Positions 60,079 through 64,000 of a stretch of 64,000 bases of DNA are shown here, one piece after another (position 1 is the first letter of the stretch; each line of letters opens with the position of its first letter). The notes beneath the pieces were generated by a model, which saw only the letters and a list, made by a program, of their open reading frames with translations, had not been told where the DNA came from and ran no database searches. The stretch lies in the NCBI GenBank assembly GCA_965226495.1, contig OZ245365.1:6176001-6240000 (forward strand), given 5' to 3'. The position numbers were made by a program, and so were the translations under genes. This DNA comes from Candidatus Marinacidobacterales bacterium. Lineage in GTDB: Bacteria; Acidobacteriota; Vicinamibacteria; Marinacidobacterales; DATDRI01.

Positions 60079-61710
60079 ATGCGAACCACGTGGGTGACTC
60101 TCGCGACGGCCCTGGCCTTGAATGCGGCCGATGGGGTCGCGGCCTCTGAGTACTCCGAGCTTGTCGTGATCTATGGCGACATCGGTACCGCGCGGTCTCC
60201 CAAATGGGTCGATGGATTGCCGGATCCGAGTCCGGAAACGCTCTCCACGGACCGGCGTCAGTACGAAGAGCTTCGAAAGCGATTGGCCGCCATCGATCCG
60301 ACCGGTTGGCCGGCGGCTCGCAAGATCGACTACCTCCTCGTCCGGTCTCTTCTGAACGGATGGGATTTCGAATATCGCGTCGTGCGAAATCCGTCTCGCA
60401 ATCCCGGTCACTACCTCGTCGGGATTCAGGGTATTGCTTATACCGAGCTTCCTCTCGACGAGAAAAAGCTCGCCGGAATTCGCATGAAGCTGCGCGCGAT
60501 TCCCCGGGTCTTGGAGCAGGGAAAGAAGAATCTCCATGAGAGGTCGCCGGCCCTATCGTGGATCACGATTGGGAATCTGGAGCTCGACATCGGAGTCCCT
60601 CATGGTGAGCCGCGGCGAGACGTGCCGCCTCCGGGGACGATTGGTTGGTTCCGAGATCTCGAGGAACGACTAGGGAAACATCATCCGGAGCTCGTGCCGG
60701 ACGCCGAGGCGGCGCGGGCTGCACTCGAAGGCTACCGGGATTGGCTGAGGAAGGATCCGGGCCGGGCGGACGAGCATCCCGGAGTTGGGCGCGTCGAGTT
60801 CGACTGGTACTTGAAACATGCCCGACTGATTCCGTTTACCGCCGAAGAGATACTTGCGTTTGCAACCCACGAGCTGAAGCGGATGCAGGCGATGCTAGCT
60901 TGGGAGCGGCATCGGAACCGGAAACTACCCGAGCTCGAGCCGGTGGGATCGACAGAAGAATATGCCCGTCGAAAAGAAGACGCAGAGCGGCATATTCGAA
61001 CCTTTCTCGTCGAGGACGACATTCTTACCGTTCCCGAGGACGTCGGGGATTTCACCGAGGCGCGGGAGCAAAGCCGCCCTTGGTTCGCTCGCCCCAGCGG
61101 AAAGCGAAACCTCTGGGAGGAGATCCAATACCGGGACCCGCGACCCGATCTGCTTCATACGGTTATACCGGGCCATGCATTCGACGATCGGGTTCGAAAG
61201 GGGCCCACCCCGATTCGCGAGAACTTCCGCGACCGGGCGGGAAGGGAAGGCTGGACCCTTTATGCTCAGGAGATGCTGTTACGCACGGGTTTTCTGGATC
61301 ATCTGCCCCGCACGCGTGAGCTCATGGTCAACTTCCTCATAGCACGGTCGGCGCGGGCGATTGTGAACGTGAAGCTTCAGCTCAACGAGTTCTCGATCGA
61401 AGAGGCCGTCGATTTCCTTTCTGAGAACGTGCCGTTCAACGCGAAAGACAGCTACCGTATCGATGCCGAGTTCTATGACATGTTGCGGCGGCCCACTTAC
61501 GCCATCAACTGGTATGTGGGCAAGGTGCAGATCGACCGGCTGGTGGCCGACCGCTCTCGCCAACTGGGAGCGGAGTTCGACTTACGGCAGTTCCACGATG
61601 CGTTTCTCGCTTCGGGTGCGATTCCGGTCGCTCTCGTTCGCTGGGCGATGACGGGATTCGACGATGAGATTCAACCCTTGTGGAACGTCGAAACGAGCCC
61701 CAATAGGTAA
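60079..61710 (+). CDS. DUF885 family protein
   Basis: LHTVIPGH, EGWTLYAQE, RSARAIV, PTYA..WYVGK.QI, FDLRQFHDAFLASGAIP. Confidence 0.88.
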   Translation: MRTTWVTLATALALNAADGVAASEYSELVVIYGDIGTARSPKWVDGLPDPSPETLSTDRRQYEELRKRLAAIDPTGWPAARKIDYLLVRSLLNGWDFEYRVVRNPSRNPGHYLVGIQGIAYTELPLDEKKLAGIRMKLRAIPRVLEQGKKNLHERSPALSWITIGNLELDIGVPHGEPRRDVPPPGTIGWFRDLEERLGKHHPELVPDAEAARAALEGYRDWLRKDPGRADEHPGVGRVEFDWYLKHARLIPFTAEEILAFATHELKRMQAMLAWERHRNRKLPELEPVGSTEEYARRKEDAERHIRTFLVEDDILTVPEDVGDFTEAREQSRPWFARPSGKRNLWEEIQYRDPRPDLLHTVIPGHAFDDRVRKGPTPIRENFRDRAGREGWTLYAQEMLLRTGFLDHLPRTRELMVNFLIARSARAIVNVKLQLNEFSIEEAVDFLSENVPFNAKDSYRIDAEFYDMLRRPTYAINWYVGKVQIDRLVADRSRQLGAEFDLRQFHDAFLASGAIPVALVRWAMTGFDDEIQPLWNVETSPNR

Positions 61711-61835
61711 TTTCTTAGAAAGCTGTGAGCGGGTACTAATCGTACAAAAATGCCGTGAAGATTTCGACGATATTGGATCACATCGACAGTGGGCACATGG
61801 CGCTCCCGGAATTCCAGGGCGGTTATGTCTGGAAC

Positions 61836-62002
61836 GGTGCTTGCGCTGTTTACTGTTGGTGATGTGTACGTATCCCGTTGCAAAAGAGTCGCTTACGCTC
61901 TATTTAGCGCGCAGCGAAGGTCATGAGCTGCTATTTTGGCTGTAACTTAATGCACCGTAACGTCTTAGCGTGATCTCACCAACACTTAATGGCGGAAGCA
62001 CC
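61836..62002. mobile_element. Second, inverted copy of the 166-bp MITE
   Basis: Reverse-complement similarity to 44832-44997. Confidence 0.75.
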
Positions 62003-62306
62003 CGAGCATGCCGGAACGGATGTCGTTCGGCTGCCGTACCGTTCTCCGAATCTGAACGCTTACGTCGAAAGGTTTGTGTTGTCGATCAAGAGCGAGTGCC
62101 TGGAGCGGACGATCTTCTTCGGTGAGCAATCGCTGCGCCGGGCCGTCGCTGAGTTCATCCATCATTATCATGGAGAACGCAACCGTCAAGGGCTCGGGGA
62201 CGCGTTGATCGAAGCGGAAGAATGCGTCGGCAGTCCCCACGGGAACGTGCGATGTTGTAAGCGATTGGGCGGCTTGCTCAGTTATTATCACCGCGCCGCC
62301 GCATAG
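62003..62306 (+). mobile_element. rve-transposase C-terminal remnant
   Basis: LPYRSPNLNAYVERFVLSIKSECL..HYHGERN.QGLG..RLGGLLSYY. Confidence 0.85.
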
Positions 62307-62608
62307 GAGTTCGGGCGCGCAAGCTGGACGGAACGGATGGTCTGGAGTAGAGGTCTGCTCGCGATCGCCTATCGCAGACCCAGTGCCGCGTCGGCTGGTT
62401 CCCGCAAATTTCGAGAACGCCTCTAGGATTCGAGCTTTCCCGTCGTGTCCAAAAACATAAACGAACTCAAGACCGGCGCGCCGGGACGTTTCGGATTAGA
62501 GGTGGTCCTGGACATGCGAGCGAAACTTCCCGTATAAGGTGGGCATTGCTCGGGGCTGGTTGGCTTCGACAGTGACCTTCTTGTTTCAACTCATTTGTGG
62601 AGGCAGTC

Positions 62609-63019
62609 ATGGAACGTATGTTGGGTAAATTCTCACCGCAGATCTACGCGCTCTTTCGAATCGTCGCTGGCTTTCTCTTTGCATGCCATGGAGCGCAGAA
62701 ATTATTCGGCGTGCTGGGCGGTTTTGGTGGAGAGCCAGGCAACACCGCGGCATTGTTCTCCATGATGGGCTTGGCTGGTGTGATCGAGTTCGGTGGCGGT
62801 GTTTTCATCATGCTCGGCTTCTTCACCGGCTGGGTGGCTTTTGTCTGCAGTGGTCAGATGGCTGCTGCTTATTTCATGGCCCACGCGGGCAACACCCTTT
62901 TTCCGATACAAAACCGGGGTGAACTATCAATGCTTTATGCCTTCCTGTTCCTTTTCATGGCTGCCCGAGGCTCGGGGATATGGAGCATCGATGCCCTGCG
63001 GGGAACTGCAGACAAATAG
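62609..63019 (+). CDS. DoxX family membrane protein
   Basis: RIVAGFLFACHGAQKLFG, AGVIEFGGG, GQMAAAYFMAH, NRGEL, GSGIWSID. Confidence 0.93.
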   Translation: MERMLGKFSPQIYALFRIVAGFLFACHGAQKLFGVLGGFGGEPGNTAALFSMMGLAGVIEFGGGVFIMLGFFTGWVAFVCSGQMAAAYFMAHAGNTLFPIQNRGELSMLYAFLFLFMAARGSGIWSIDALRGTADK

Positions 63020-63243
63020 GGAGCGCCGGCAACTGCGGACGCCGCCGAGAATCGACGCTTCCAGCGTCAAGCTGTCGGGCTGGTGAGTGACGACGACTCG
63101 CCGCCAAGGGATTCATAGAGCGCCATTTGCCCGCCATAGGAGGCCAGGCGAACGACGAGCCGGGCGACCAGGTAGCTTATGGTGCAAAAACTCAGCCGGT
63201 CATCTTCCGCAGCGGTAAGTGACTTCCGCTACGATGCTTGCGA

Positions 63244-63900
63244 TGAGCACATTTGTCTCGCCACAAATCTTCCTGGTCTTGCTCCTGGCCGGTTGGCTGA
63301 ACCAGGAGCAGCAGAAGATCCTCGAGTATCTGCAGGAGGAGAACCGTGTTTTGAAGGTGCAGCTCGGTCAGCGGTTAGGCTTGAGCGACGAGCAGCGTCG
63401 ACGGCTCTCGGCGAAGGGGAAAGAGCTTGGACGGAAACTCCTCGCGGAAGTGGCAACTCTGGTCACCCCGGATACGATCCTCCGATGGCACCGTGAGCTC
63501 ATCGCGAGGAAAGGACGTACCCTCGTTGTCAAACGGGGCGTCCGCCCATCTCGTTGGAAATCGAGGAGTTGGTCGTGCGCATGGCCAAGTCGAGCCCGTC
63601 TTGGGGCTACGACCGAATCCAAGGAGCTATGGCCAACTTCGGCCACAAGATCGCGCCGAACACGGTAAAGCGGATCTTGAAGGATCACGGTATCGAACCG
63701 GCTGTGCTCCGCAAAAAGTCGATCCAGTGGTACGCGATCTTCCTTTTTTGGAATCACAGGGCTCGTGGACCCAGCTCCACGCGGTACTCTGGGCCGCGAG
63801 GCGCTGGCCCAGATTGCGTCCGTTGCCACACCCGCTACGCTTCTACGCTGGTACCGCGCTACCTCATCGCAGCCAAGTACGATGGCACCAAGAACCGGAG
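63244..63900 (+). mobile_element. Two rve-transposase N-terminal remnants separated by a 56-bp MITE (63703-63758)
   Basis: [38 protein letters not shown]; after the MITE, LGREALAQIASVATPATLLRWY..LIAAKYDG. Confidence 0.75.
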
Positions 63901-63931
63901 CCCAGGCGACCTCCGACGGTAGGAGTGCGGC

Positions 63932-64000
63932 ATGAGGTCGTCCATGCGCAGCCCGCGACGTTTTCGAGGGGCCCTGCTCGGGCTGGCGGTCGGTGACGCT
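63932..64000 (+). CDS. 5' end of a probable ADP-ribosylglycohydrolase (runs off the window)
   Basis: MRSSMRSPRRFRGALLGLAVGDA; RBS AGGAG. Confidence 0.65.
   Translation, partial: MRSSMRSPRRFRGALLGLAVGDA

Overview
GC-rich bacterial DNA in two parts. Positions 1 to ~42,300 are mostly intact core and envelope genes: an RND efflux pair, a K+-channel-like protein, a broken nucleotide-translocase/HEAT gene next to a cNMP-binding protein, an EAL protein, PolX, a four-gene ABC transporter, enolase, a sigma-54 two-component pair, GWxTD and TPR proteins, hemE-hemH-hemG/Y, tRNA-Gln(CTG), tRNA-Ser(GCT), a MEMO1-like protein and an M20 peptidase. The gene content suggests Acidobacteriota (inference). From ~42,400 to the end is an accessory island full of IS elements, MITEs and transposase scars (IS1380, IS5, IS3, integrase-core elements, DUF2924 plus a serine recombinase, an integron-like cassette). 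The most notable locus is 46,757-50,674: a translationally coupled sigma-like HTH / XRE-HTH / HExxH metallopeptidase triad followed by a ubiquitin-like protein, an E1(ThiF) fusion and a Cys/His metal-binding DUF6527-like protein, bracketed by 60-bp inverted repeats. All family assignments come from motif recognition by eye; no searches were run.
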